Shown: positions 17,143 to 26,331, counted from the first letter of the stretch. The stretch: DNA of 36,267 nt from Planctomycetia bacterium (GCA_005787685.1 SYAC01000062.1:1-36267), one strand, 5' to 3'. Numbers and translations are program-made. Notes: generated by a model from the letters alone, not told the origin.

Positions 17143-18984
17143 ATGACGCCCTTTTGCAGCCTGTCCAGACAAATCTCTCTTCTGCATGCCATTTTCATCA
17201 TGACGGTGCTGGTTATCACTCCAGCGCGGGCGCAAGTGTGCTCTGTCGCCGACGCTCAGATATTGTTTCAAGCGTCGCGCCAGTGGCTTGATCAGCAAAC
17301 AGCGACTGAGGCGCTGAATGTCAAACCCCCCGATTTCTCCAAAGCCATTGCACTTTCACCAACATTTTCGACCACGGCCGCGGGCGTTGTGTTGCGTTTA
17401 CATGGCCGCCCGATTGGACAAGCATGGGTCAAACAAAATAAAGACAGTTCATTGTGCCTTGCAACCGCGCTTCAAAAAGCCTTGCAGCAAGCCTTGAATG
17501 ATCGCGTGATCGCATCGCTTCCAGTGGAAGTACGTGCCAACTGCGCGCAACAGTGCGCGCTGGAAATGGAGCTTGTCGGCGACATGCGTCCGTTCACAGG
17601 CGACCGCGTTGATGTGCTTGCAGCCAAGATTGATAATGGCCGTCAAGCCATGGCCATTCGTGCGGGGGATCAATGGGCGTTCTCCCTTCCCTCACTTCAA
17701 CAATCGCTCAACCAAACCCGACTGCCGTGGTACACCATGGTGCTCATGGCGCGTGAAGTTGGCGTAGAGGCTGGCGCCGATAAAAAATTTATCGTGCCCC
17801 AAGGCGTGGTGATCTATCGGGCCGATACCCGCCGAATGGCGCAAATCACTCCACAAACTCCACCATTTGAAGTCTCGCGCGGCATGGTTGCCGTGCCGCT
17901 TTCGGATATCCGCGCCTCCACGCTCGACCAAATGGCAATAGCGATCGCCACACATCTTGAAAATCGAATTCCAAAAAAAGATGGACTTTCATCCGAAACC
18001 ATTGACACGCTTACGGCACTTGGACCAGCGGGTGAATATCAACCCGCGCTTGGATCCATGACGCAACAAACATGTTCTCCATTGGAACAAGCCATGAGCG
18101 CTTTCGCCATGGCGCGATTGGGGCAGATGAATTTCCCGGAAAAGGACAGGCTTGCGGCGCAAGCGTACGCCACAACCACGTTGCAGTCTTTGCAACGCGT
18201 AGTCGGGGAAGAATTGAATCCGCTGGATAATCCGGCGGCGGCGGCGGCGTGTCTTCTTGCCTGTCAAACCATGAATCACTGCCTTGTGTCTTGGTCAACC
18301 CCAGAATGCCAACAGTGGGAAAAACAACTGGCGACCAAAGTGTTGGCGCAATTTGAACTTGGACCTCGCCAAGATATGCAAACATGGGCTTTGTGCGCGG
18401 CGGCGTTGGCGCAAGACTTTCCCACTGAAGTGGCCAAGGAGCTCGCGCAGGCGTGGAAAATTCGACCCATAGACAAATTACTTTCGGCAAGTCCCTGGTT
18501 GCTTTTGGCGCAGCAATTACTGGATAAAGGGTCCGACCATGCCAACGCCAAAGAGGGCTGGAAATTGCTGCAAATCATGCTTGTTCAAAATCAGCTCTCC
18601 AAGAAATTAGATCCAGATCTTGCGGGCGATCTGGAAGGCGGCTGGCCCATCATCACCAATGGAGTCACCGGCGCCACATCTCAATCTTCCCGACCCGCGC
18701 TGGCCATGGCATTGGCCATGAATCCAAAACTCTTTGGCAGCGTGACTACCAACGAAAAAAATATCGACATTGAATCTCTTCAATTGGCGCTGCGATTTCT
18801 AAAACAATTACAGGTGGATCAGGCATCCTGCTACGCGTTTCGCGATCCATTTAAAGCACTTGGTGGAATTCGCGCCGCACCTTGGGATAGCACGCAACCA
18901 CTGGGGGCCAATGCCACCACCCTGTTAGCTATTCTTGAAGCACGCGCGCTATTTGCTGGCGAGTCAGCGGCAAAAGATAATTGA
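17143..18984 (+). CDS. Large secreted hypothetical protein (about 613 aa), helix-rich C-terminal half
   Basis: Within ORF 17110(GTG)..18984. The ATG at 17143 gives the signal peptide MTPFCSLSRQISLLHAIFIMTVLVITPARA|QV. I make no confident domain call. The C-terminal half has recurring Leu/Ala-rich helices that could form an alpha/alpha repeat fold. Confidence 0.65.
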   Translation: MTPFCSLSRQISLLHAIFIMTVLVITPARAQVCSVADAQILFQASRQWLDQQTATEALNVKPPDFSKAIALSPTFSTTAAGVVLRLHGRPIGQAWVKQNKDSSLCLATALQKALQQALNDRVIASLPVEVRANCAQQCALEMELVGDMRPFTGDRVDVLAAKIDNGRQAMAIRAGDQWAFSLPSLQQSLNQTRLPWYTMVLMAREVGVEAGADKKFIVPQGVVIYRADTRRMAQITPQTPPFEVSRGMVAVPLSDIRASTLDQMAIAIATHLENRIPKKDGLSSETIDTLTALGPAGEYQPALGSMTQQTCSPLEQAMSAFAMARLGQMNFPEKDRLAAQAYATTTLQSLQRVVGEELNPLDNPAAAAACLLACQTMNHCLVSWSTPECQQWEKQLATKVLAQFELGPRQDMQTWALCAAALAQDFPTEVAKELAQAWKIRPIDKLLSASPWLLLAQQLLDKGSDHANAKEGWKLLQIMLVQNQLSKKLDPDLAGDLEGGWPIITNGVTGATSQSSRPALAMALAMNPKLFGSVTTNEKNIDIESLQLALRFLKQLQVDQASCYAFRDPFKALGGIRAAPWDSTQPLGANATTLLAILEARALFAGESAAKDN

Positions 18985-19017
18985 CGCGGCCTCGCCTATT
19001 TACCGTAAAATAAAACC

Positions 19018-19812
19018 ATGCGATTCATTGGGCAAATCCATTTCCGCATTCTTCGCGGGCTGCTTGTTGGGAGCGCGTGTTGCTTGATCGCCATCAATAC
19101 AACCGCGTTTGCCACGGGTATGCAAACCACACCAAAGAATGACGCAGCCCGTGATCAATGGGTGGCAACGCTGTTCACACGCAAATGCACGGTGACATTC
19201 AAACAAGTCCCCATTGTCCAAGCGTTGGCGACGATCTCACAGAAAACAGGCGTTCCCATTCAAATTCTGCTGCAGGACCAGCCCGCGGGTTCGCCGGGTA
19301 TTGATCCTGAAACTGCCATTGATCTTGAATGCAAGAATGCCACGGCGCTCTCCATTGTGGAACTTGTCCTGCGCCAAGTGAGCGACGCAACGCAAAGTGA
19401 ATACCGCTGGCAAACCACCACCAGTGGAATTGAGATTGGTCCCAAGTCGCGTTTGCTTCGGGCGAGTGCCCTAGAGCGGCGCGCGTACTCGGTGACGGAT
19501 GTCGGTTTCAAGGCTCCCGACTTTCAAGCGCCACCCCTGCAAAGCGGTGGTGGTTCGGGTGGTGGTTCGGGTGGCACATCAAGTCCACCATTCACTTCGG
19601 CGCACAATGATGCTCGTTATCAAAAATTAAAATCACTCATTGAAGCAACCGTGGAAAGCGATGTGTGGTCCACAAGTTCTAGCGGCGCCTGCACCATTTC
19701 TGTCTTTGATGACAAGTTGATTGTCATCGCTCCCGACTTTGTTCACCGAGCCATCGCGCAAAGGCGCCTTACGCAGACCATCACGCAACCCACTGGCAAG
19801 CCGACGCACTAA
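19018..19812 (+). CDS. Secreted protein with STN-like and secretin-N-like motifs and a GGSGGGSGG linker (no secretin barrel)
   Basis: It has an N-terminal signal/TM. VTFKQVPIVQALATISQKTGVPIQI resembles an STN domain. ISVFDDKLIVIAPDFVHRAIAQ resembles GspD/PilQ N-domain strands. This assignment is from motif memory only. The stop is adjacent to the next gene's start (TAA-ATG). Confidence 0.55.
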   Translation: MRFIGQIHFRILRGLLVGSACCLIAINTTAFATGMQTTPKNDAARDQWVATLFTRKCTVTFKQVPIVQALATISQKTGVPIQILLQDQPAGSPGIDPETAIDLECKNATALSIVELVLRQVSDATQSEYRWQTTTSGIEIGPKSRLLRASALERRAYSVTDVGFKAPDFQAPPLQSGGGSGGGSGGTSSPPFTSAHNDARYQKLKSLIEATVESDVWSTSSSGACTISVFDDKLIVIAPDFVHRAIAQRRLTQTITQPTGKPTH

Positions 19813-21066
19813 ATGAATGACGCCGTGCCCGACGACCCCCTGCCCACACGCCGCGATTTCAACGCATGCACTGGAGACGGTGCGACCTTCTGTTTAATGG
19901 TGGGCGCGGGTGAAACATACATTGCGGCCTTGGTGCTGGCGTTGGGCAAAAGCCCGCTGATCGCGGGGCTTATCATCACAATTCCCATGCTGATGGGCGC
20001 CACCGTTCAGCTGGCTTCCCCGGCGGGGTTGCGCCGCGTGGGGTCTCCGCGCAAATGGATTCAAGGCTGCGCCATTGTGCAGGCAATTTCATTTGTCCCA
20101 TTAATCTTCGCCGCGGCGTACGGCGACATTCCAACATGGCTGGTGTTTGTCACGCTTTCCATATATTGGAGCGCGGCCATTGGCGCGTGGCCCGCGTGGA
20201 GCACTTGGGTGGCGCGACTTTTCCCGGCGTCGCTGCGCGCCAATTACTTCAGTAGACGCAATCGCATTTGCCAAATTTCCCAACTCCTGGCCATGCTGGT
20301 CGCGGGCGGGCTTTTATACATGGGCGAGCGCGATGGTTGGCAATTGACGGCCTTCATGTGGATCATGATCTTTGCGGCGCTGGCGCGTCTGTCCAGCGTT
20401 TGGTTTCTTCATTACCAAGGTGATGTCAAATTAAATCCAAATGACATTGCGCACGTCGCCTATCGCTCCATGCCCAAAAGACTTGGTCGCGGCGGTGATC
20501 TTCGCATTGTGCTGTGTCTGATCGCCTTGCAGTTTGCGGCCAATGTCAGCGGACCATTTGTGAATCCGTGGCTGCTGGATTATTTACATTTTAATAAAGC
20601 CTCCTATTTGCTTGTCATTTGCACGCTCTTCGCATCAAAATGTTTGGCGCTCACGCTGCTTGGTGGCATTGTTCAAAAATTTGGGGCTCGGCGCGTGTTG
20701 CTACTGGGCACGGCTGGAACATCGATTAGCGTATTCATGCTGGCCATATCAACCAATCTGGCATGGATCACCTTTGTGCAAATTTATAGCGGAGTCATGT
20801 GGGCGGCTTGGGAACTCGCCTCATTCTTGGTGCTGCTTGAAAGCATTAAGCATTCCGAACGCACCTCCATGATGGCGCTTTATAATTTCATAACGTATTT
20901 CGCAGTCGCAGCTGGATCATTCATTGGCGCGACCATTCTGAAATACATGGACTCCTCTGGCGGCGGGTATGTGGCCATCTTTCTTCTTTCAGGCACATTG
21001 CGCTTGGCGGTCTTGTGGTTGCAACCAATCCGCGTGCGTGCGGCGGTTGAGGTGGTTCATTCGTGA
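19813..21066 (+). CDS. MFS-type transporter, paralog of 13507..14901
   Basis: It starts at ATG directly after the upstream stop. It is a multi-TM protein with a WVARLFPASLRANYFSRRNRI loop that parallels WRANYPREIRAKI in the other MFS gene. Confidence 0.7.
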   Translation: MNDAVPDDPLPTRRDFNACTGDGATFCLMVGAGETYIAALVLALGKSPLIAGLIITIPMLMGATVQLASPAGLRRVGSPRKWIQGCAIVQAISFVPLIFAAAYGDIPTWLVFVTLSIYWSAAIGAWPAWSTWVARLFPASLRANYFSRRNRICQISQLLAMLVAGGLLYMGERDGWQLTAFMWIMIFAALARLSSVWFLHYQGDVKLNPNDIAHVAYRSMPKRLGRGGDLRIVLCLIALQFAANVSGPFVNPWLLDYLHFNKASYLLVICTLFASKCLALTLLGGIVQKFGARRVLLLGTAGTSISVFMLAISTNLAWITFVQIYSGVMWAAWELASFLVLLESIKHSERTSMMALYNFITYFAVAAGSFIGATILKYMDSSGGGYVAIFLLSGTLRLAVLWLQPIRVRAAVEVVHS

Positions 21067-21093
21067 GCGCTGATCTGCCGCTAATCTTGGGGA

Positions 21094-21408
21094 ATGTTTC
21101 ACGGACCGCTAGAAATACTGAATGAAGCCGAGGTCGGTAATGGCTGGCAATTCGCCGCGCAATTTATTGAGCCAGGTGGAACACTTCGTCCTATCACGAT
21201 TGGTCTGAATTGGGCCGACTACGATTTGCTGTGTCCCGACGGGGGCACGCAGCCATGCCTTGTGGCGGAAACGGTGCTGCGTTGGCTTATCGCCAACGCA
21301 CCCGCGCATCAGCTGACAAATCGCACGGATGCAAGTTTGGCGCGACGACTTGATCCCAACGCCGACGCGCAAATTCGCCGCCTGTTCATTGCGCGCGATC
21401 AGCCATAA
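21094..21408 (+). CDS. Small hypothetical protein (104 aa) in the MFS/HK gap
   Basis: It starts at ATG, its composition looks coding, and it fills an otherwise empty 319-nt gap. Its 3' end overlaps the convergent histidine-kinase stop by 22 nt. I recognise no motif. Confidence 0.35.
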   Translation: MFHGPLEILNEAEVGNGWQFAAQFIEPGGTLRPITIGLNWADYDLLCPDGGTQPCLVAETVLRWLIANAPAHQLTNRTDASLARRLDPNADAQIRRLFIARDQP

Positions 21409-22930
21409 GCGGCGGCAATTTCTTGGCGCGAAATTCCAGCGGCATTTCAACCCAGAACATGGAACCCTTGTTCGCCTTGGATTCAACCCCAAGCTTGGCG
21501 CCCAACATGGTGGAGAGTTCGCGGCAAATAGCCAATCCCAGACCAGTGCCGCCATGGCTTTTGGTATGGCTGGCGTCCACTTGACGAAACTTTTCAAAAA
21601 TAGTCTGCTGCATATCCAACGGAATTCCCGGCCCGCTATCCACCACGCTCATGCGTAATCCAGGCGCGCCATCAACGGCCCACACATCGGCGCGCACAAT
21701 GACGCGCGAACCCTCGGGCGAAAATTTAATGGCGTTGCTGACAAAGTTGTAAAGAATTTGCTGCAACTTTCCGGGATCGGTTTCCACCGTGGGCAATTCA
21801 TCTGGATGTTGAATCTCCAAATCAATTTTTTTAATGTCCGCTTGCGGCCGCATGATGGCGCAAATGCCCTCAAGCATGTCGGTCATGTTGGCGTTGGAAA
21901 CGCTTAACTCCATGCGACCGGCCTCGATCTTGGCCATGTCCAACAACTCGTTGATCATCTCAAGCAAGCCGCGACCGCTTTTTAAAATATGCTCTATGTA
22001 TCGGATGCGCTTGGGGTCCGCGGCCGCATCCTTGCGCGCCAACTCCGCCAACAATTCCGCGAAACCAATCACGCTGTTGAGCGGCGTGCGCAATTCATGG
22101 GAAACATTGGCCAGAAATTCGCTCTTCAATCGATTGCTTTCAAACAAGCCCACATTGGCCTCGCTTAATTGAACCAACTTAAAGTCCAAGCTTTCATTCA
22201 TGCTTTGCAGTTGTTTTTGGCTTCCATCCAGGGTGGCCACCATGTCGTTGAATGAATTTCCAAGTTGCTCCAATTCATCTCCCGTGCGCAACTGGCTGCG
22301 GCTTGATAGATCGCCGGCGCGCACACGGTTGGCCACCTCGCGCAGCCGCCGTACCGCGCGCAAATATCCACGCACCACCAACAGGCGCGCCGCGACAATA
22401 ATGCCAATCCACGCCAATCCACCGCCAATCAAAATATAAATACGGTCCTGCCAAATCAAGCGCGCCGCACCCACGCCGGAGCGCTCAATGGAAAATACGC
22501 CGGTCAGTGGCAATTTTCTCCAAGCGGCATCGGGGACATCCAATGAAATGGCCTCGCCCTTCGCCACGCGCTCGGCTTGATCGCCACGCAAGGCGCGCAC
22601 GTAGCGCGATAAAGGCGCATCGACGCCATATTGCAATTCATAGCGATCAAAGACATCGGGCGTGTCGGCAAACTGATCGAATGCGCTTGCAAGAAATTGG
22701 TCCCCCGCTGCGGCTTTCGCATCGGTGCCTTTGACGAATCGCAAACGGTCGATCGAAATGTCGGGCGTCTTTGCCCACACTTGCGACATGTCGCGCATGC
22801 TTTGCAATTGCTGCGCCACGATGGACTCGCGAATTTGAATCCAGGGAATGGACATAGCGCCTGAAATGGCCAGCGCCGCGGCCACGCCCATTGCAAGTTG
22901 ACTTCGTTGCGTGAGACTCAGTCTTGCCAT
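21386..22930 (-). CDS. Sensor histidine kinase (two TM helices, periplasmic sensor, HAMP, HisKA, HATPase)
   Basis: The H-box is SHELRTPLNSVIGFAELL. A HAMP-like segment follows TM2. N, G1 and G2 boxes are present (GGTGLGLAICREL). There is no response regulator nearby. Confidence 0.9.
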   Translation of the reverse strand: MARLSLTQRSQLAMGVAAALAISGAMSIPWIQIRESIVAQQLQSMRDMSQVWAKTPDISIDRLRFVKGTDAKAAAGDQFLASAFDQFADTPDVFDRYELQYGVDAPLSRYVRALRGDQAERVAKGEAISLDVPDAAWRKLPLTGVFSIERSGVGAARLIWQDRIYILIGGGLAWIGIIVAARLLVVRGYLRAVRRLREVANRVRAGDLSSRSQLRTGDELEQLGNSFNDMVATLDGSQKQLQSMNESLDFKLVQLSEANVGLFESNRLKSEFLANVSHELRTPLNSVIGFAELLAELARKDAAADPKRIRYIEHILKSGRGLLEMINELLDMAKIEAGRMELSVSNANMTDMLEGICAIMRPQADIKKIDLEIQHPDELPTVETDPGKLQQILYNFVSNAIKFSPEGSRVIVRADVWAVDGAPGLRMSVVDSGPGIPLDMQQTIFEKFRQVDASHTKSHGGTGLGLAICRELSTMLGAKLGVESKANKGSMFWVEMPLEFRAKKLPPLMADRAQ

Positions 22931-22998
22931 GTTGCACGAAGCATAGCGGGCGTGCGTATTCTGTCATCATGCATCGACCTGGATCCAATAGCGACCAC

Positions 22999-23334
22999 AT
23001 GGAACCTGAAGATTTTCTCTGTGACTTTTGCGGGCGACCGTGGCCCGTGGCGCAACCATTCGTGGAAGGCCATCAAGGCAGTTGCCTGTGCGGACAATGC
23101 TTGACCACGGCTTTGAATGCGTTTGTGACGAACGACGTGGAGCCAATTTGTGGCGATCTTTGCACCATGTGTTTGGAGGCGCGCAAGGAACCCGCCTGGA
23201 GCATTACCGCCCCCGCACAATCTCCGCCCGATCGGACAACCGTACGGGTGTGCAAACCTTGCTCCACACAAGCCAAACGCACGCTTGAACGCGATCCTGA
23301 ATCGGGCTGGAAACGCCCAGTTGCAAACACCTAA
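22999..23334 (+). CDS. Cys-rich small protein with two zinc-ribbon-like motifs (ClpX-type ZnF-like N-terminus)
   Basis: The ATG at 22999 lies within ORF 22924..23334. The first motif is CDFCGRPW-x17-CLCGQC and the second is CGDLCTMC...CKPC. The gene is divergent from the histidine kinase. Confidence 0.5.
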   Translation: MEPEDFLCDFCGRPWPVAQPFVEGHQGSCLCGQCLTTALNAFVTNDVEPICGDLCTMCLEARKEPAWSITAPAQSPPDRTTVRVCKPCSTQAKRTLERDPESGWKRPVANT

Positions 23335-23407
23335 GTCGTGCGCGCCTTGAACGCGTGTGTGAATCCATGGCACAACCACACCCGGAGTCGATCGACAGGT
23401 GAAAACA

Positions 23408-24058
23408 TTATGCGCGCTTGATCAGCGTCGCCGAATGAAATGGCCGACCCTCGCGGCGATATTTACGCTCAAAGTTTGTTCCCACCACTTCGCCTTCGCC
23501 CGCGCTGGCGGGCGGCGCAAACTCCTGGCGCGTGAATAGATCTTGGGACGCCTGGAGCAATTCCTCGTACCACTTCCATAAATCGTCGTGATCCGTGACG
23601 AGACGAACTTCACCATTCGCTTGTAAAACCCTGTGAAATTGCTGCAACGAAGCGCGCTGCAACACACGGCGCTTGTGATGGCGCGGCTTGGGCCAGGGAT
23701 CGCTGAAATATAAATGAATAATTGCCACACTACGATCGGGAACCCAGTGCGTGACAAACTCCACCGCGTTGGCGTACAACATGCGGACATTCTTCAACGC
23801 ATGCCGGCTCACGCGATCGGTGGAGTGACGAAAAAATTCGCCGGCATTTTCAACGCCAAGAAAATCCCTTTCGGGACAACGCGTGGCTTCTTGAACTAAA
23901 AAAGTTCCCTTGCCAGAACCAATTTCCAATTCATACGGCCGCGACGCGTCTCGCCCGGGAAAGAAATAATCCGCCCCAATCTTGCCGCTCTCTGGAGATG
24001 GTAAATCCCGTTGATTCCAGCCCCATGGCCTTAAATCTGGAAGGGCTCGCTCGATCAA
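23408..24058 (-). CDS. trmB: tRNA (guanine46-N7)-methyltransferase
   Basis: Motifs EIGSGKG (SAM binding), DFLGVE and LYFSDPWPKPRHHKRR are classic TrmB. TTG is the only available start. Confidence 0.85.
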   Translation of the reverse strand: MIERALPDLRPWGWNQRDLPSPESGKIGADYFFPGRDASRPYELEIGSGKGTFLVQEATRCPERDFLGVENAGEFFRHSTDRVSRHALKNVRMLYANAVEFVTHWVPDRSVAIIHLYFSDPWPKPRHHKRRVLQRASLQQFHRVLQANGEVRLVTDHDDLWKWYEELLQASQDLFTRQEFAPPASAGEGEVVGTNFERKYRREGRPFHSATLIKRA

Positions 24059-24063
24059 TCGAT

Positions 24064-24828
24064 TTACAGGCTAGAAGACTTCTTGCTTGACTTCTTGCTT
24101 GACTTCTTGCTTGACTTCTTGCTTGACTTCTTGCTGGACTTCTTGCTGGACTTGGTCGACGCGCTCTGAACGGTGGAAACTTTCTTTTTCGCCGGCTTTT
24201 TCATGGTGGATTTCGTGCCGCGAACTTTCTTGGCCGACGCTTTCTTGCTGGACACTTTTTTGGTCGTTACCTTTGTGCCGGCAACTTTGCCTGCGGATGA
24301 ATCCACAACGGGCATCATGTGCAGCGCGGACTTGCCGGGCGTCGAATTGGAGGTGTTATCCGCTGTTTGATTGGCTTTGGCTGGCGCATTGCGCCGCCAT
24401 TCCACGCGCGGCGCGTCAGCCCACATTCCCTCAAGGTCATACCAAGCGCGCTGGCCTGGTTCGAATAAATGAACCACCACATCAACAAAATCAGCGGCAA
24501 TCCATGTCCCATTGGTGTCGCGATCGCGCTTCCAGCGCGGCGAACCATGCTGCGCCCCAAATGCCTTCAACTGATCGGACACCGACTTCATTTGCCGATC
24601 GCTTGTGCCACTGGCAATCACCAAATACTCGCACAGTTGATTGCGCCCACGCACATCGATCACCACCACTTGCTCGCACTTCAACTCAAATGACAAGAGC
24701 GCCAATTCAATCGCGAAAGCGCGAATGGTTTTGGGATCGCCTTGACTTTGCGAACGGGACAGGCTCACGGGCTGCGCAACATTCTTCGCGGCCTGCGTCA
24801 GGCTTGCGGAAGAAACTTCAGTGGTCAC
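24064..24828 (-). CDS. rsfS: Ribosomal silencing factor RsfS/Iojap with N-terminal extension and about 100-aa lysine-rich (SKKS)n tail
   Basis: The core AADFVDVVVHLFEPGQRAWYDLEGMWADAP is diagnostic for RsfS. It uses a GTG start that overlaps the rpsU stop (GTGA). The tail reads KKVSSKKASAKK...SSKKSSKKSSKKSSKKSSKKSSKKSSSL. Confidence 0.8.
   Translation of the reverse strand: MTTEVSSASLTQAAKNVAQPVSLSRSQSQGDPKTIRAFAIELALLSFELKCEQVVVIDVRGRNQLCEYLVIASGTSDRQMKSVSDQLKAFGAQHGSPRWKRDRDTNGTWIAADFVDVVVHLFEPGQRAWYDLEGMWADAPRVEWRRNAPAKANQTADNTSNSTPGKSALHMMPVVDSSAGKVAGTKVTTKKVSSKKASAKKVRGTKSTMKKPAKKKVSTVQSASTKSSKKSSKKSSKKSSKKSSKKSSKKSSSL
24077..24148. repeat. 12-nt tandem repeat (gacttcttgctt/g, 6 copies) encoding the (SKKS)n tail of RsfS
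   Basis: Seen directly in the sequence. This is a candidate slipped-strand hypervariable tract, and any indel would be in frame. Confidence 0.85.
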
Positions 24829-25115
24829 TCGCTGCGACCTCGCGACATGCCACGGTCACCAGCGCTCTTGAATGACTTGCCCTTGGATCCGGCTTTCACG
24901 CCCGCGCTGCCTTCACGGCCAGTCGCAGCGCCCGGTCGAACCAATTCAAGCGGAGGAGGTCGACGCACTTCACGGCGCTTGCGCTCGGAAGGCTTCTCGT
25001 AGTACTGGCGCTTCTTGACCTCTTTGGTCAGACCTTCCTTCTCGCAGATTTTCTTGAAACGTCGCAGAAGTTGTTCCGCGGATTCACCAGCTCTAGCCTT
25101 CGTACGTATCGCCAT
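24825..25115 (-). CDS. rpsU: 30S ribosomal protein S21 with C-terminal extension
   Basis: ATG at 25115. MAIRTKARAGESAEQLLRRFKKICEKEGLTKEVKKRQYYEKPSERKRR is the canonical S21. An extra 40-aa or so Gly/Arg/Lys-rich tail follows. Confidence 0.9.
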   Translation of the reverse strand: MAIRTKARAGESAEQLLRRFKKICEKEGLTKEVKKRQYYEKPSERKRREVRRPPPLELVRPGAATGREGSAGVKAGSKGKSFKSAGDRGMSRGRSE

Positions 25116-25223
25116 AGTTTCAGTCGTCCTTTGTGGGTTAAAGTGAAAGAGCCACACATCATGACCGTTTTATGCCTTTGTCGCAAGCGGTCATACTTAT
25201 GATTTTTGAGCCATAATGACCCC

Positions 25224-25727
25224 ATGCCCCTCTTAGTCGACACCCTGAATGTGCTGCATGTCACAGGGGTTTTACCGCCTGAATTGGCTGGTCCAGAGCC
25301 CGCCAACCTGGCGGCATGGATTGAGCGCAGCCGCTACCGCCGTCAAAAGGTGTCCCTGGTGTGCGACGGGCAAAGACCTTCCCGGCAAGTTTTTTCGCAC
25401 GGCAGTTTCGTGACTTTGATCTGGACGGGCTCGCAAACAGCCGATGATCGAATCGCCGCGCTGCTGGAAAGTTCCAGCCATCCTCGTCAACATATTGTGG
25501 TCTCATCCGATCACGCGGTAAAAAAGACCGCCGCGCGTCGGGGCGCTAAAGTTCTTTCAAGCGCCGCGTTCTTGGAACATCTAGTGAGCGATCTTCGGCG
25601 AAATCCGCGTGCACACACACCCAATCGCAATGTGAAACTCGATAATGAAAGTGTTGCGAAATGGCTGGAAACATTTGGACTCTCCGACATCAAAAACGTG
25701 AAAGGAAAAAATGACCGCGACAAGTAG
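25224..25727 (+). CDS. YacP/Rae1-like NYN-domain protein (putative ribosome-associated endoribonuclease)
   Basis: The ATG at 25224 gives MPLLVDTLNVLH, matching YacP LLVDGYN. Conserved acidic positions are retained: LLVD, LVCDG, TADDRI and VSSDH. The gene overlaps pdxH by 17 nt. Confidence 0.65.
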   Translation: MPLLVDTLNVLHVTGVLPPELAGPEPANLAAWIERSRYRRQKVSLVCDGQRPSRQVFSHGSFVTLIWTGSQTADDRIAALLESSSHPRQHIVVSSDHAVKKTAARRGAKVLSSAAFLEHLVSDLRRNPRAHTPNRNVKLDNESVAKWLETFGLSDIKNVKGKNDRDK

Positions 25728-26331
25728 CAACTTTGATTTTGATCAGCCCCCCTTGGACCCTGTCGCGGCGTGCCTAGATTGGTTTGAGCAAGCCAAAAAA
25801 CTTCCGCTGGCCAATCCAAACGCCATGACGCTATCCACCGTCGATGCCAATGGACACCCGACATCACGCATTGTGTTGTTGCGCGGCTTTGACGATCGCG
25901 GCGCTGTGTTCTACACCAACCGCGAAAGTCGCAAGGGACTTGCCCTGGCGGCGCACGCGCGCGCGGCCCTGCTCTTTCATTGGGACGAGGATCCAATTGG
26001 CCGGCAAATCAATATTGAGGGCGCGGTCACCCACACAAGCGACGCGGAAAGCGACAAGTATTGGCTCACGCGCCCGCGCGAAAGCCAGATCAGCGCCTGG
26101 GCCAGCGCCCAAAGCCAACCAATCGCCAATCGCGCTGCCATGCAGCAAAAACAAGCTGAATTTGAAGCCACATTCGCCAATCAATCAGTGCCTCGACCCG
26201 CTCATTGGGGTGGCTACCGCGTGGCATTGGAGCGCATTGAATTGTGGCAGGGCAATAAATTCCGATCGCACGATCGCGTGGTGTACACGCGCGCCGGCTC
26301 GGACTGGAACGCTCGGCGATTGTGCCCGTGA
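25711..26331 (+). CDS. pdxH: Pyridoxamine 5'-phosphate oxidase
   Basis: The blocks RIVLLRGFDDRGAVFYTN, SQISAWASAQS, PRPAHWGGYRV and ELWQG...HDR all match PdxH. Confidence 0.9.
   Translation: MTATSSNFDFDQPPLDPVAACLDWFEQAKKLPLANPNAMTLSTVDANGHPTSRIVLLRGFDDRGAVFYTNRESRKGLALAAHARAALLFHWDEDPIGRQINIEGAVTHTSDAESDKYWLTRPRESQISAWASAQSQPIANRAAMQQKQAEFEATFANQSVPRPAHWGGYRVALERIELWQGNKFRSHDRVVYTRAGSDWNARRLCP

Noticed and set aside
17143-17600. Weak resemblance of VVLRLHGRPIGQ to the AMMECR1 LRGCIG motif
   Set aside because: The spacing and the conserved Cys do not match. I did not annotate a domain.
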